A stretch of 64,000 bases of DNA from Anthoceros angustus (lineage: Eukaryota > Plantae > Anthocerotophyta), in assembly GCA_010909165.1 (NCBI GenBank), contig VJWM01000016.1:434001-498000 (forward strand), written 5' to 3'. Of this stretch, positions 41,122 to 54,069 are shown in pieces. Positions within the stretch are counted from its first letter, which is position 1, and each line of letters starts with the position of its first letter. The notes beneath the pieces were generated by a model, which saw only the letters and a list, made by a program, of their open reading frames with translations, was not told where the DNA came from and ran no database searches. Both the position numbers and the translations under genes were made by a program.

Positions 41122-43634
41122 ATGGAGCGTGACGTGTTGGAGCGATACGATGTTCTGAGCACAGCCTCGTATATTGTCTCCCAAGGCTTCTCCATCGTCG
41201 CTCTTCAGGTATGCATCGTGTGAGTTGGTGACTTTGTGAGGCATCAACAAACATTTGACATTGTTATCGTGGATACACTGGATCAAGGCTCCTCAAGAAC
41301 TTGATATCGAGTCCCATTCCCTTATCTGTGCAGTTCCCGGATGAGCTCCTGAAGGACAGCGTTGCAGTGACAATTGCCCTGCAGAAGGAGCTGTCCAGGG
41401 TTTCGGAAAACGGGCACCACGTTAAACTCTTTGTCCTTGCTGACACCACTTATGGGAGCTGCTGTGCTGACGAAGTTGCAGCGGCGCATGTGAATGCCGA
41501 GTGCATAATCCATTATGGGCACGCCTGTCATAGTCCGTAAGTAATCACAGAAGGATGCGCTGTGAAGGGACCGGATTGTTTTATGGCCGAACTCTGTTTG
41601 TGCCTGTTCTAGGTGGAACGACTCCAACCCCTCCATGCTTCTGTGGTGCAGGACGTCGAGGCTGCCGGTGTTCTACGTGTATGGCAAGGCAGAAGTGGAT
41701 GTGGAGCACTGCGGAAGCATTTTCTGGAGTCACATGGCTTCGAAGGGACGTGTGCTGGTGGGTATGAACTCTCCATGTGAGCTGAGTGTCAGCTTCTACA
41801 AGTGGAAACCTGGAGTAACAATGTTCTCCTGTCATGCTGGGGTACAGGTGTTGTTTGGATTAGAATACTCTCATGCAATGCCCTACCTCAAGGAGAAGCT
41901 ATTACAAAATCACGGAGCAGACCACCTTGAGGTACAGTTTGCGGAAGTGCTCTGCAGAGAGGCAAAACCTGGAAGTGTTGTGACAGGGAGTTGTGACGCA
42001 GCGAGACAGGGAGAGTTGAGTGGTGAGGATGAATCAGGAAACGGATTATTGCATGATGTTGAAAGGACATCCTCTGCAGGACGAGCTTCAACCGTGCCTG
42101 AAGTAGAGAAGGGCAGCAAAGTTCACAGATTAGGAGGTCTGAGGTGGTGCGTAGGTGAGGATAGGGCGATGGAGGACTTCACTATTCTCTGGATTGGAGA
42201 CGAAGGTCCAGCCTTAACAAATGTCATGCTGACCTACAACGGTTGCAGCGTGAGTGTGTTACTTGCTCTATCTTTTTTCAGCCGCTACAGTTGTGCGGGG
42301 GGTTGAACTGGTCTGGGTTCTTTTGTCCTGCACAGGTTCTTAGATATGATGCAGCTCAGAAGCTATTACATACAGATGTTGCCAGTCAGAGCAGGGCCCT
42401 CAAACGAAGGTATTTTGCTTGTCGTCTTAGTGAGTCCATGTCTGCATGGAGGTAGCTGTGGATTCAACAATCCTTGCTGCCTTTTGATCACAGGTATTAC
42501 CTAGTGGAGCGAGCAAAGGATGCAAACATTGTGGGAATTGTGGTCGGCACGCTTGGGGTTGGTGCGTAGCAAGCACAGTCTGTGAGTAATGGTTGTGAGG
42601 AGATGTGGTTGAAAGAGGCAGATGGTTCCTGACCCTTTTTGATCTAGCGTAACAGAGTGCAGCTTCAGCATTTAAATTCCACTTCTGATCTTCTGCAGCC
42701 GGTTATGAGGAAGCCATTGAGCACCTCAGGGACATTATCAATGCGGCAGATAAGAAATCATACGTCTTGCTGATGGGCAAGCCGAACCCAGCAAAGCTTG
42801 CAAACTTTCCCGAGGTAGTCAACTTTTCTCCTGCCCTTGTTGATCATTGCTTGTCGTCTGCATTCGTAGTTCCCCTTACAAAGGGGAGTGATCTGATATG
42901 TTTTACAAGCAGTTGTGAGAAGCTGTTTCTCATTGTCTACGGACATGCCTGTGCTTGGGCAGTGTGAAGTGTTCGTCCATGTGGCATGTCCACAAACGGC
43001 TTTGCTAGACAGCAAGGAGTACTTGGCCCCTCTGATCACCCCATACGAGGCACAGCTTGCATTTCTAAGGTCGTCTCGACACCTTCAGTGCGATTGCCTT
43101 CATGCTAGTGGTTGAGTCCTGGATTCACTACCTCACCACTGACTTCCATGTTCATGAGCTTGTAGGGGAAGTGGATGGAGCGGAGCGTACAGGCTCGATT
43201 TCCAGAGGCTTGTGCCTGAACAGTCTGCACCGACAGTAGAGGAGGGCCCTCGCTTCTCACTTGTGCAAGGGCATTACGTGGGTGAAGATCCCAATAACTC
43301 ATCTCCAGCAGCAGGTCGGTACTTTTCCTGGATGGCTTTGTGGACCAAACCTGAAAAGCCAGCGCATGACCAGCCTTGTGTCCTTTTTTCCCTTGCAGAC
43401 GGGGAAGACAGGTCGTCCAGAGCATTGGTCCTGGCAAAGGCTGCAGAGCATGCCCTCCAGCTGAGCTCGACCTCGAATCCCAAGCCGATAATCAAGTCCA
43501 GCGCTGAGTACCTGGCCGTTAGAAGCTATCAGGGGCTGGAGGTGCACAGAAAAGGAGAGAGCCCCGACCCCCCAGCTGGAGTAGTGATGGGCAGGAAAGG
43601 GCGGGCCGCTGGGTACTCCGAGGAAGCGTCCTGA
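41122..43634 (+). CDS. DPH2: Diphthamide biosynthesis protein 2, multi-exon
   Basis: VALQFPDELLKDS, LADTTYGSCCADEVAAAH, HYGHACHSP, GKPNPAKLANFPE, VACPQ, RSYQGL, GRKGRAAGYSEE. Confidence 0.93.
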
Positions 43635-46600
43635 AACAGAGAAGTGGAAAGGATAGCACTGTTTGCCTGTATCCCGAAGCCTCATGCGAGGGCCTTGAGT
43701 TTGATGACGGCATCTTGATTAGCCTGTTTGCGTCGTCGAGGGTCAACCGGAGAGGAGGGACGGTGTGCCCAGAGCTCAAAGGGGCACGTCAAAAACATGT
43801 GGGTGCAGGTGAGGCTGGGGCCAGGGCATCCGGATGCAATCCTGCGACATCCCAGAAACAGTGGCTGTGCACCGAAATGCTGTCACCTTCTCGAGGTCCG
43901 AAGCCCAGCAGTTGAGCCGAAAGATGGAAGGCAGCGGCCTGCCGGTACTGCGGGAGAGGCAAGTGGGGCCTGGACTGGTTTGTCCTGTCGTCTCGTCGCG
44001 TCTCGGTGTGCGACAGGACAGGCAGGATTGCGCCATCTTTCGGGGCCCCACTACCCCTAATTCAGGTGACGACGCTCTTTTGACTGGCAGCCGCAACTCT
44101 TCCTCTGTTCCGCTTTCACACGCCATCACTCCCCTGTCCTTGCTGCTAAACCCCGCCCACAGCCGATTGCGGGCGGCCCGGCCAAGGCATTGGCGGTGTC
44201 CATGTACACACATGCATCACTGTGCATGCGGACATGTATGGATGGATGTACATATGTGTGTCCTTGCAACGGCGTGCGCTCGTTTATGGCCTATCGCTTT
44301 GCAGTGCATGAGGTGGATGATTGGGGGCCCGGGCCGGAAGCAGAAGCAGAAGCAGAGGCAAAGGCGCGGCTGCTTCCTTTTCATCAGTGGCACGGAGAAG
44401 CTGTGCAGCGCACTGGCTGTCGTAACTCCTCCTGCTGCGGCTGTACCGCATGGCCTGGCTCCGCGGCCAACGTGAGTTTCACCCGGGCCCTGCTGCTGGA
44501 ATGCCATTGCTCGCCTCTTTTTTCACTGGCCTCCTTTTCCAGGTTGCTGTTGGAAGTTGGAACTTGGCGACGGCGTGACAGGTTTGAAATTTGAAAGGCT
44601 GCAGCTGCTATTCGCTGGTGCTGTTGCTGTTGCTGCGAAAGGCTTCCTAGGGCTTTGACTGCAGCCACCTCCACTGTGGCCTACGCCTTTCCTGCAAGCC
44701 ATGGAATCTAAGCTAGGGGCCCATACCCCATGGGCCTGGGCCCCTATCGCAATACACGACATGCTTGCCTATCGCAGTCCTCGTGCGGTTGTTGGCCAGG
44801 GCAACAGGTGATGTGGGAGTCGGGACTTTCCAAGTCTCCAATTCCACACCTTTGCTGTGCAGTGCTGTCCCTCCAGGAACTCCTCCTTCAAACTTCATTT
44901 TCCCTTTCTCCCCGGATTCCTCATGACAGATGCCCCCTCGCTTTCCCTCGCTGTTGAGGCCCCACGCAAGGTTCCTTGCCGAGGATGAGGGATGTGCCAA
45001 TCTACATCCATTGCAGTACAACATACGTAGGAATGTAGAATGCTTGCGTTTGTTTGTGGATAGGTGCCAATTCCCGCTTTTCACCTAGTCTACTTGTTCA
45101 CCCGCGATGATGCAATGCGTCGGACAATAGTGCAGCATCAGCAACATGCGCGTCCCCGTTCGCGCTCCCGCCCCCGCTCCCCGTTCTCTGCTGTTGCTGC
45201 TCATGTGATCTCATGGATCACAGCTTGCAGCGGGAATCTACGTCACGACCGACACCTACCGTCGCGCTCGGTCATTAATGGCGGGGGAGCAGGATAGACG
45301 GGCAAATCAGCGTAACCTGATTTGCGTCGCCACGTCTTAATTTGTAAAGAACCGTTATAAAGATTTGAACCAACTGATTTGTATGGGCCGGTTAATTCCA
45401 TTGGCTGTAAGAAACGGTAAAGGCGCAGCAGCGGTAGTCATCAGGCAGGCGGGCAGGCACGCAACAGTGGAGTGCAGCGGTCGCGTCTCGTCTCGGTTCC
45501 CCCGTCGTCGCCTCATCAGCCTCGCAGCCTCGCAGCCGTTCTGGCAGCATCTGCGGGCGAGCACGAGAGCGGAGCCCGGCTCATCAGCAGCATCCGCTAC
45601 AGTCTCCGCTCCCGCCCCAAGGCCCCGAAACCGCTCCCACATTCTCCTCCAATCGGCCCGCGCTGCACCGACGGCGCTCGGCGCCTGCTTCCCGCGCTCT
45701 CCGACGCCTACTAGGTACCGTCCCGTCACGCAATTCCATGCCTCCCTTCCTCGTTGCCGCGTCGCTGCCCCAGCTGCACAGTAGCTCGGATGCGCCATTC
45801 TCTTTACTTGTGGCCACTAGCTGCTTCCCGCCTGCCTGCTTGCGTCCTAGCTCCGGTCCGTGCATCACCTGAGCAGGAGCAAGAGCAGGATAATATCTCG
45901 CATTTCGGCTGCAGAAATTGGTAGGCTGCGTGAATGCCTTCGTCTCCTCTTGCGCTCTTGTTGAGCTCCGGACGTTAAGTTTTCTGCTAGTGCAACCTGT
46001 AGCTTTCCGCCGCTGTAGCGTACTGTTATAGTGAGCCTGCTCTTCCCTTGTAGTCAGTTTGTTCGGGGATTGCGCGCCCGCCTTGCTGGTCGCTGATCGC
46101 AATGCTCGGGGGCAATCTCATCCTAGTTGTGATGCATGCGTGAAGGTACGGAAGCTCCACATTCTGCTACATCCCGCGGAATGTGTAGGTCACATTTCTC
46201 AGAATCTGTCGTGAGATTTGAATTGCTTCCGAGCTCGTCTCTCCCCTGAAGCCGTCGCGAGGCTCTGTGCTTGGTGCCGTGAGGTGATAAGTGAAGAGAG
46301 CCTGTCGCATGCGGTTGTCTGAATTCGAAAGTTTCGCGGTGTGATTTGGTCTGTTTGGATGTGCAGGAATGTTGAGGGATTCCCGGAAGGCCTGCAGACC
46401 GGGCGCGCGCGTGAGCGGCTACTGCGAGCAGGGCTTGGAGGATTTGATTCGTAGCTGTGGAGCTTCATGAGAGTGGCTACTACGGAGGGGTGCTATGACG
46501 GACTGTAGCATGTGCTGGATTTTCGAGCCATTTTGAGTGAGCGTACTAGGCCTTGTCCGAGATGGAAGTGGACAGGAGAGTTGGAGACTGACGGAGCTGG

Positions 46601-46643
46601 AAGAGCGGGGTAATGCGAGCGAGGTAACAACCAGGAAGACAGG

Positions 46644-49273
46644 ATGAAGCCAGGCGTGCACCCAGACCCCGAGCTCGAGGAATACGTGACCACTTCCCGG
46701 GGGCTCATTGAGGCTGTCCTGGCAGCGGACGAGGCCGCAGTTTCCGCGTCTCTTGAGAACAAGTACTGTGACGTCAACTACAAGGGAACCTTCAGCTTTC
46801 GTGTGAAGTTCACGGATTCTGTACAAAATGAAGAAGTGGCAGATGAAGTCATCATTGGTTACGAGCAGTTCAAGCAGGATATCACACCGCTGTTTGCCGC
46901 TGCTCACGTTGGCCACATCGAGATCGTCAAGAAATTGGTGGTCAGTGTTTGCCATTGGACTCTACCCATAGTCAAACTCCTTGGACCGCATATCTATAAC
47001 AGTCTTCGGTCATGTCATCTCGTCCCTGCCAGCCTGTTTACTACCTGCTGATTGCACTCAAACACGCAGACTGATGCTCACCTTTCTTGTTTTGTGCTTA
47101 TTTCTAGGCAGCAGGAGCGGATGTAAACGAGAAACACTTTCGTGGTTACTCGACAAGTGCTGCTGTCAGAGAAGATCATTTTGAAATCCTTAAGATCCTT
47201 CTCAGAGCAGGGGCTCAACAGCCTGCCTTAGAAGCTGCTCTTCTAGAAGCTTGTCTGTATGGACGAGCAAAGGCAGCCGAGCTTCTGATAAGCTCAGAAA
47301 TGATTCGGCCTGAGATTTTAGCCCAGGGATTTGTACATGCAAGCAGCCGTGGCTTTGTTGACACAGTTGCGACTTTGATTTCGGTACAAACCTGTACCCC
47401 CTCCCCTTTTAGCCTGCTGTTTATCATGAAGGTAACCACTAACGTGTTAAGTGTGCCTTGCCTGTCTGCAGAGTGGAGTGGATGTGAATTTAACCCATAG
47501 ATATCTTCTTCGGTCAGCAAAACCTTCTCTGCATGCCAATCTGAACTGCACACCTCTTGTTGCTGCTATAGTCGCAAGGCAAGCCTCTGTGGTGAGGTAT
47601 CTCTTAGAGGTAAGCCATAATTCCACCCTGGTAAAACATTCAGCACTCATATCGATCACTTCAAATCTGCGGTACGGGTTGCTGATTGTTCGGGTACTGG
47701 TTTTTATCTACCTGTGCAGGCAGGAGCGAAAACTGACTGCCTTGTCACCCTCGGTGCATGGTCGTGGGATGCTGGCTTCGGGGAGGAATTGCGTGTGGGA
47801 GCTGGACTATCAGAACCTTACAATGAGGCGTTCTGTGCAGTGGAATATTGGGAGACAAATGGTGACATCCTGCGGATGCTCCTTAAGCATCTGTCACCCG
47901 ACTGTGCATCGAATGGTAGAACGCTGCTTTGCCATGCCATTCTCTGCCGGAATGCCCCTGCTATCAAGGTCCTCCTGGAAGCTGAAGCTGATGCAGACCG
48001 CCGTCTACACACGAAGGACAGTCATGAGTTTCGCCCACTTCATTTGATAGCAAAAGCTGGATTTACAGCAGGCCTGAAGCTGTTTCTAGCTCATGGGTGC
48101 AACATGAATGTGATGATGGACAATGGAGATACACCCCTCATGGTAAGTGCCAGGTGCAAGCACAGGGATTGTCTGAAAGAATTATTGTACGCTGGTGCCG
48201 ACTTTGGGCTGCTCAATAGAGACGGCCACAATGTGATGAGCATTGCCGAAGCAAATGGAAGTGGGTCCCTGTTGAAGGTTCTGATCTGGGATGCTCTAAG
48301 GGCTGGTCAACCTATTTATTCCAGCGATTCGCAGGTGTTCTCGTCTTTGCACATGGTGGCCCGTAAAGGTGATGCTGCATTGCTTCAGAAGGTGCTGCAA
48401 CAACCTAACATCAACCTTGACGCTAGAGATAAATATGGCTATACGGCAGCTATGATAGCTGCACAGGAAGGGCAGATTGAGCTGTTTAAGTTGCTTGTCT
48501 TTGCTGGGGCAAATATCGGTCTGAAAACCAGGAAGGGGGAGACTGCTATTGCACTGGCCCAAGGGAAAGGGATTGTGGAGGGCTTGGAATGGATTCTTTT
48601 AGACGCTATCATGGCCAACATTTTGAAAGGTGAGGATTTCAAGCCTCTCCACTTTGCTGCCCGTCGGGGACATCTGGAAGCCTTGTCTCAACTGTTGCAA
48701 AGAGTAAGCAGCATCAATTCCTGGGATGACGAGGAGTACACCCCCTTGATGTACTCCGCCAGGGAAGGCCATGTGGAGGCCTGTAAGCTTTTGCTTCTTG
48801 CTGGGGCAGATTACAGTGTGGCGAACTCCAGAGGGGAAACGGCGTTACTGCTTGCAAGAAAAAATAGCTCATCCAAAGCGGCAGAGGAAGTCATTCTCGA
48901 CCACCTGGCTAGAAGGTTTGTCATCATGGGGAGCCAGGTATACAAGTATATTAGGCAAGGCAAAGGGACACCTCACATCAAATCTCTCCGTATCATGAAG
49001 TCCGGTGTGCTGACTTGGGGTGATTCCAAGAGACGCAATGTGTTGTGCAAAGAAGCAGTCCTCGGTCCAAGCTCTGCTTTCCAACGGAATCGTAGGCACA
49101 AAGGAGATCCACACAAACCTGAGCTTTTTATGGTCATCACCGTCTCTGGCAGGGAGGTTCATTTTGAAGCACCCTCCGCTTCCAACGCTGAGCTGTGGGT
49201 CAGGGGTATCAACCTGATCGTGAAAGAGGCAGCATCCTCAATCACTGCTGTAGCTGCGAAGTACCCACACTGA
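46644..49273 (+). CDS. Ankyrin-repeat protein with a C-terminal PH-like domain (At5g14230-like). Exons ~46644-46940, 47109-47383, 47472-47609, 47720-49273
   Basis: Many TPLxxAA/GxTAL ankyrin motifs; LGAWSWDAGFGEELRVGAGLSEPY; C-terminal GVLTWGDSKRRNVLC...GREVHF..AELWVRGI. Confidence 0.9.
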
Positions 49274-50346
49274 AGGACCTGACATGCAGCAGGGTTCTCT
49301 TTTCATTTACTGCTGCAGGATGTGCTAGTCACTCGTTTTGCCCCTCGTCTCCCTGTCGTGGGTTTAGGCAAACTTCACAGGAGGTGGTGAGCTTTACTCC
49401 CTCTACTCCTGTCATCTTCTTAAGCAATGGGATACGAACCTGAACAAAGTCCTTATCCTTTTCTTTAAGAGCGTATGACGGTGGCCTTTGATAGCAGTAT
49501 TGTACCGCTTCCCCTGCTTTCTGTTAAAGCTGAAGCCGCGTACGAGTCCACCTTAGCGGTGGCATGTCAGAGAGTCTCTATGTATCTAAAGTCAGGAAAC
49601 GCAAGTCATGGAAGTTTTTTGTCTTTTGATGTAGATTGTGGTCTGCTGCTGCTAGCAGCGAAGCAGGAGTTGTGAATATATCTGATCCTGCTGTGTGCAC
49701 TGTCTCGATGTTCCCAGTACAAGTGTACCTCAATCGTTTTCTCAACTATCACGGTGCGGTGCTGTCTCAAAGTCTCTCATACCATTGGCATGGTTTGATA
49801 AGCAGTTCACTAAATAATAGTTCCCTGAGCTGTGGTATATAGCCATAGTTACCTGTAGCGACAAAGGTACCTATCATTCGTCTTTCGTACAATGCGGGCC
49901 ATTTGGAGCACAAATGAAGTATGACTCTCGCAATGAACAACATGGCACTAATTCCAAATTTTGGGCATCTCCAATTTTTTCCTACCTGCAAGCTATGCAG
50001 AGCAGATCACCAATCTCACACAGAATTCTCCCTACCTGCACATCATCTGCCCATCACACATCCAACTCGAATGTGTGCAATTCAAAGGGTGTCACGGAAT
50101 GTGACTCTGGCATATGAACAACGTCGCTACAAGAATAACTACAAATTAGGTTGTCGAAAATTGTAGGCACCTCCAATTTCTTCCGACCTCGACCTACTCT
50201 CAAAATGGGGCCATGCTCTTCCGACTTGGATAATTACAGGTGATTCTAGGCGATCTAAGAATTGACGACCCCAGCTGTCGAGAATACATAATGTACAATA
50301 CAACTGCAAGCAGCGGGATGCTTCGAACAAGATAAAGGCGAAGGAC

Positions 50347-52134
50347 TCATCTGTACGCCGCATTGGATGGAGACTTGAACGGGGGATTCATGGACGCGGC
50401 CATCCTGCTTGCTGTCACACCAACATTACCCACGTCGACTTTGCCCTTCAGTTTCGATACCGACATGGAAGGTTGCTGGCTTTCATGAGTGGCCAGTTCA
50501 TTCGTTTCCTGCTCGGAACTTACATTCAGCTCGATAAACAGATGATCAAGCTCCTCAGATCTGTTTGTGACCAGCAGTTCTTCACTCAAAAACTGGATGA
50601 TGCCATCCATCGATGGCCGTCTCCTCGGGTGGTCCTCCATGCACAAGATAGCCAGCTCCAGGATTTTCTTCACTTCCCACAGAGGAGGGTGTGACTGAGA
50701 AGGAAGGTGGGTCATCTGAGGATCCACTAGGGACTGGACACTGGCGGCCAGTGATGCCCTCACCTGAGTATCAAGCAATACACAGACAAGGGTCAGCAGA
50801 CCGGTAAGCAACTGCTGATCCTAAAAACCAGCACCGTCTCAGAGAGCTATTTGTTGGCTGGGAATCCTTACCCATTCTTTCTGTTTCAGGTTTCCAGAAT
50901 TTGCAGCAGTTAGCAGCCTCCAAGGCCGTCTTCCAGTGATCATCTCTAACAACAAAAAGCCATAGCTGTAGCAGTCGCTCTTCACGCAAGGTACTTCCAC
51001 CTTTAAGGCAAGTTCTGGCAGCAGCGACAAAAGCATAAGATTGATAAGCATCGCTGGCAACATAGTCGAATCTGCTCTAGGGACTTCCAGGTATCAGGTG
51101 AGGGATATCTTACCAGGGGCCATGTAACCCATAGCCCACTCAATGTCTGGAATCTGTGTGGGCTTTTTGCGAATGACTGGGCGGCCGACGTGAAAATCAA
51201 TCAACTTCGGTGTCATATCCTCGTTGAGCATAACATTACTTGACTTCAGAGCTCCGTGGATTATGCAAGGCTTGAGATTATGCAAGTAGTTGAGCCCCTC
51301 AGCTACTCCAAGCATTATTGCCTTCCTTTTGTCCCAGTCCAGAAATACAGGCCCTCTGCTGTCGCCTATGTGTTTGAACAGAAGCACGAGTTAGGAAGCT
51401 GTCATTCATGACAGGTTCGCAAAACCCATCGGTGAGCCAACAATTTGGAACAGCAGATGGAAACCAACCATGAAGCATTGCATCCAGGCTGCCCCTGCGG
51501 AAATACTCGAATACAAAAACCTTTTCCAGGAATGTGCTGCTATATCCCAACAGCCTGGCCACATTCTTGTGAGACGTTCGTGCGATGCACACCACGTCAG
51601 ATTCAAACTCGTGCTTGGGCTGTTCACAACCATAGGCACAGTTAGCAAGAACTCTTAGACCAAACCTTCAAACATCGTCTGCAGGGTGTGACGGGATGAA
51701 TACCCTGTTGCGAGCACTTTTCAGCCGTTTCACTGCCATCGTGGAACCATCCATGGTGATCCCCTTGTAGACAGTCGCATAGGTGTTCTCCCCAACCACA
51801 TATTCCTCACCAAATCCATGGGTAGCAAGTTTCACATCATGCCAATGATAGCGCTTATCATGGAGTATCGTGGATGCATGCACAGACTCATCTGCGAGCA
51901 CAGAACCAATGGTTATGGACCAGAACCAACCCACAGCCCTCCTATTACCCAAGGGACAGAAACTGACAATCCAGCAAACATGATTCCGGATGTCAACTCA
52001 CCGCTGGAAGACGAGTTATCTACACGATGTTTTTCGGCAAAAGACATAATCAGAAGACAGGCTAGATGCCTGGAAATCCAATCGCCACGAGGGCTACCCT
52101 GATTGCGGCAATTCTGTGGGTCTGGCATTCGCAT
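50347..52134 (-). CDS. Receptor-like cytoplasmic kinase-type protein, probable pseudokinase, multi-exon
   Basis: LATHGFGEEYVVGENTYATVYKG...MAVKRL, HKNVARLLGY, IIHGALKSSNVML, PKLIDFH, GYMAP, KSDCYSYGFLLLEMITGRRP. No TM or ectodomain seen. Confidence 0.85.
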
Positions 52135-54069
52135 TCAGACAACAATTCGAATACTGGAAACAACCACCTGCAGCAGGACAAAGCGACGCACACACATGGC
52201 AGCTCAGCATTCACCAGGATCCGTTCATCAATCACCAAAGTCCACTCATCTGCCGACCTCTTCCGGACTTACGCAGAGAGGAGGAGAGCTTACTGGCAGT
52301 TAGCAAGATCCGGACGGATGCACACACCCCTGCCCGGCAACCGCAGACCAGTCGTCCACCCGAATCAAAGTGGCAGTTCAGACCTCTACCGATCCTTGGT
52401 GGCCCAACCTCCTCTTCCGTTCCGCCTAGGGCAGCTCGCCTCGAAATTGGCTTGCCTTGAGCTCAGTCTCACGCCTCCCTGGGCGGCCACGCTCCCCATT
52501 GCGGCTTCTCCAGGATCGGAATTGAGAGATGGCGCTTACAGACCTGATCTCCGAGACCAGCAATTTCCGCAAAAACACACAAAGCCCAAGAGCAATCTAA
52601 TCCAGCGGGGCGATCCAGGAGCTGCGCAACCCACGAAGCTGGGTGAGCTCGCAAGCAATTCGCACCCGCACAGGTGCGGAGAGGAGCGGCAGGGAGAAGG
52701 CGGGAGGAACGGATGTAAAAAAAGAGACGAGCGGACGTAATCGGGGCACGTAGGAACGGACCCACCTCGGGGGAGGTCGAGATCTACTCTCTGGGCACTG
52801 ACCCGGCGCCGCAAACACTGTAGAAGGTTCCGTTGACATGACGGTTTTGCACATACATACTTACACATGTAGTTGCAAGAGGGAGCAACTTGGAACGCCC
52901 TTTTGTCTGAGATACATGGCGCCATGTGGAATCTACGAACCAGATGTGGGATATCCTGTGCAGATTCTGATGCTAGGTGGGTGTAGGCGTGCAACTAACC
53001 TATTGCAAACGTCGTTGGGCAAACGATTCTCCTATTCGCGCCCTGCGCCCTGCGCCCGGGCGGGGGTACAGTTCAGTATCCACGAGGTCCGCCATGGCCC
53101 TTCCACCTCCTGGTTTAGGGGCACCTCGGAAACCGAGGGCTTGGCCTTCAGTGGCGCTTTCGTATTTGGAGACAACCCGGCATATCTGGCGCATACCTGT
53201 AAACCTCCGATCTTTCCGCAGCCAACACAGCCAACGAAATCAGTCGCATGTCCGTCTCCCACTGCGTCGCACCAGGGCCCATCCAGTTGCTAAGCTGTTT
53301 TAACCAATATTTTAATAGGATGTCCTTCGGAAAAGGATTATGCCCCGCTCACCCTTGTTGGAGAGAGCGAAGCAAATACCAACAACCCATTTCCGACTAG
53401 CTTTACCCCATAATGCCGGAGAGTCTTAAATCAACAATTTTTTCACTTATAATTTAAATTTTAGATATTTAAACTAAATTAAATATTTGTAGGTGCTTTT
53501 GATCCGTAGAACAAGTTGCATCTACCCATCCTCATTCAAGAAAAATTGGCCATGTACAAATATGAAGACTTTGTAGGCAAGATCTTTAAAATATAAGTAA
53601 TCCATTTTTCTACTTTCGCACTTCATAGTAAGTGTCCTAGCGGTTTCACAGTATTTTCACCAACCTTTAGAGTATTTTCACCAACCTTCACTGTCTGCTG
53701 GTCACACAGATTTCCTAGAATACTTTCTAGGCATATTCTGCCGGGGTGGATGGGGTGTACACAGGTGATTTTGGTGGTGCCTTGCCTTCATAATAATGTT
53801 TCTTTTTCTGGTCGTTGTACGGTCCAAATAGAAAGTTTATCATTTCAAAGATCTCGTCCAAACGCAAATATTTCTACAACCAATGTCAGCTGTAAGAAAT
53901 TTTACATATTTAAAATATACATTTATAATCTCTGATACTAACCTCAAACAGTGCAAACGACTCCTTTTGGTTCTTCCATAGCTACAAACGAAGGTACAAA
54001 CAGGTTAATAACTTACCTTCATTTCAAGTCGAAGTAGATCTTGCTCAATATATACCTTTCTGACTAACG

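Noticed and set aside
43700-46640. Overlapping ORFs and short (GAAGCA)n repeats between DPH2 and the ankyrin gene
   Set aside because: Low-complexity translations consistent with promoter/5' UTR; I spotted no conserved miRNA or snRNA sequence.
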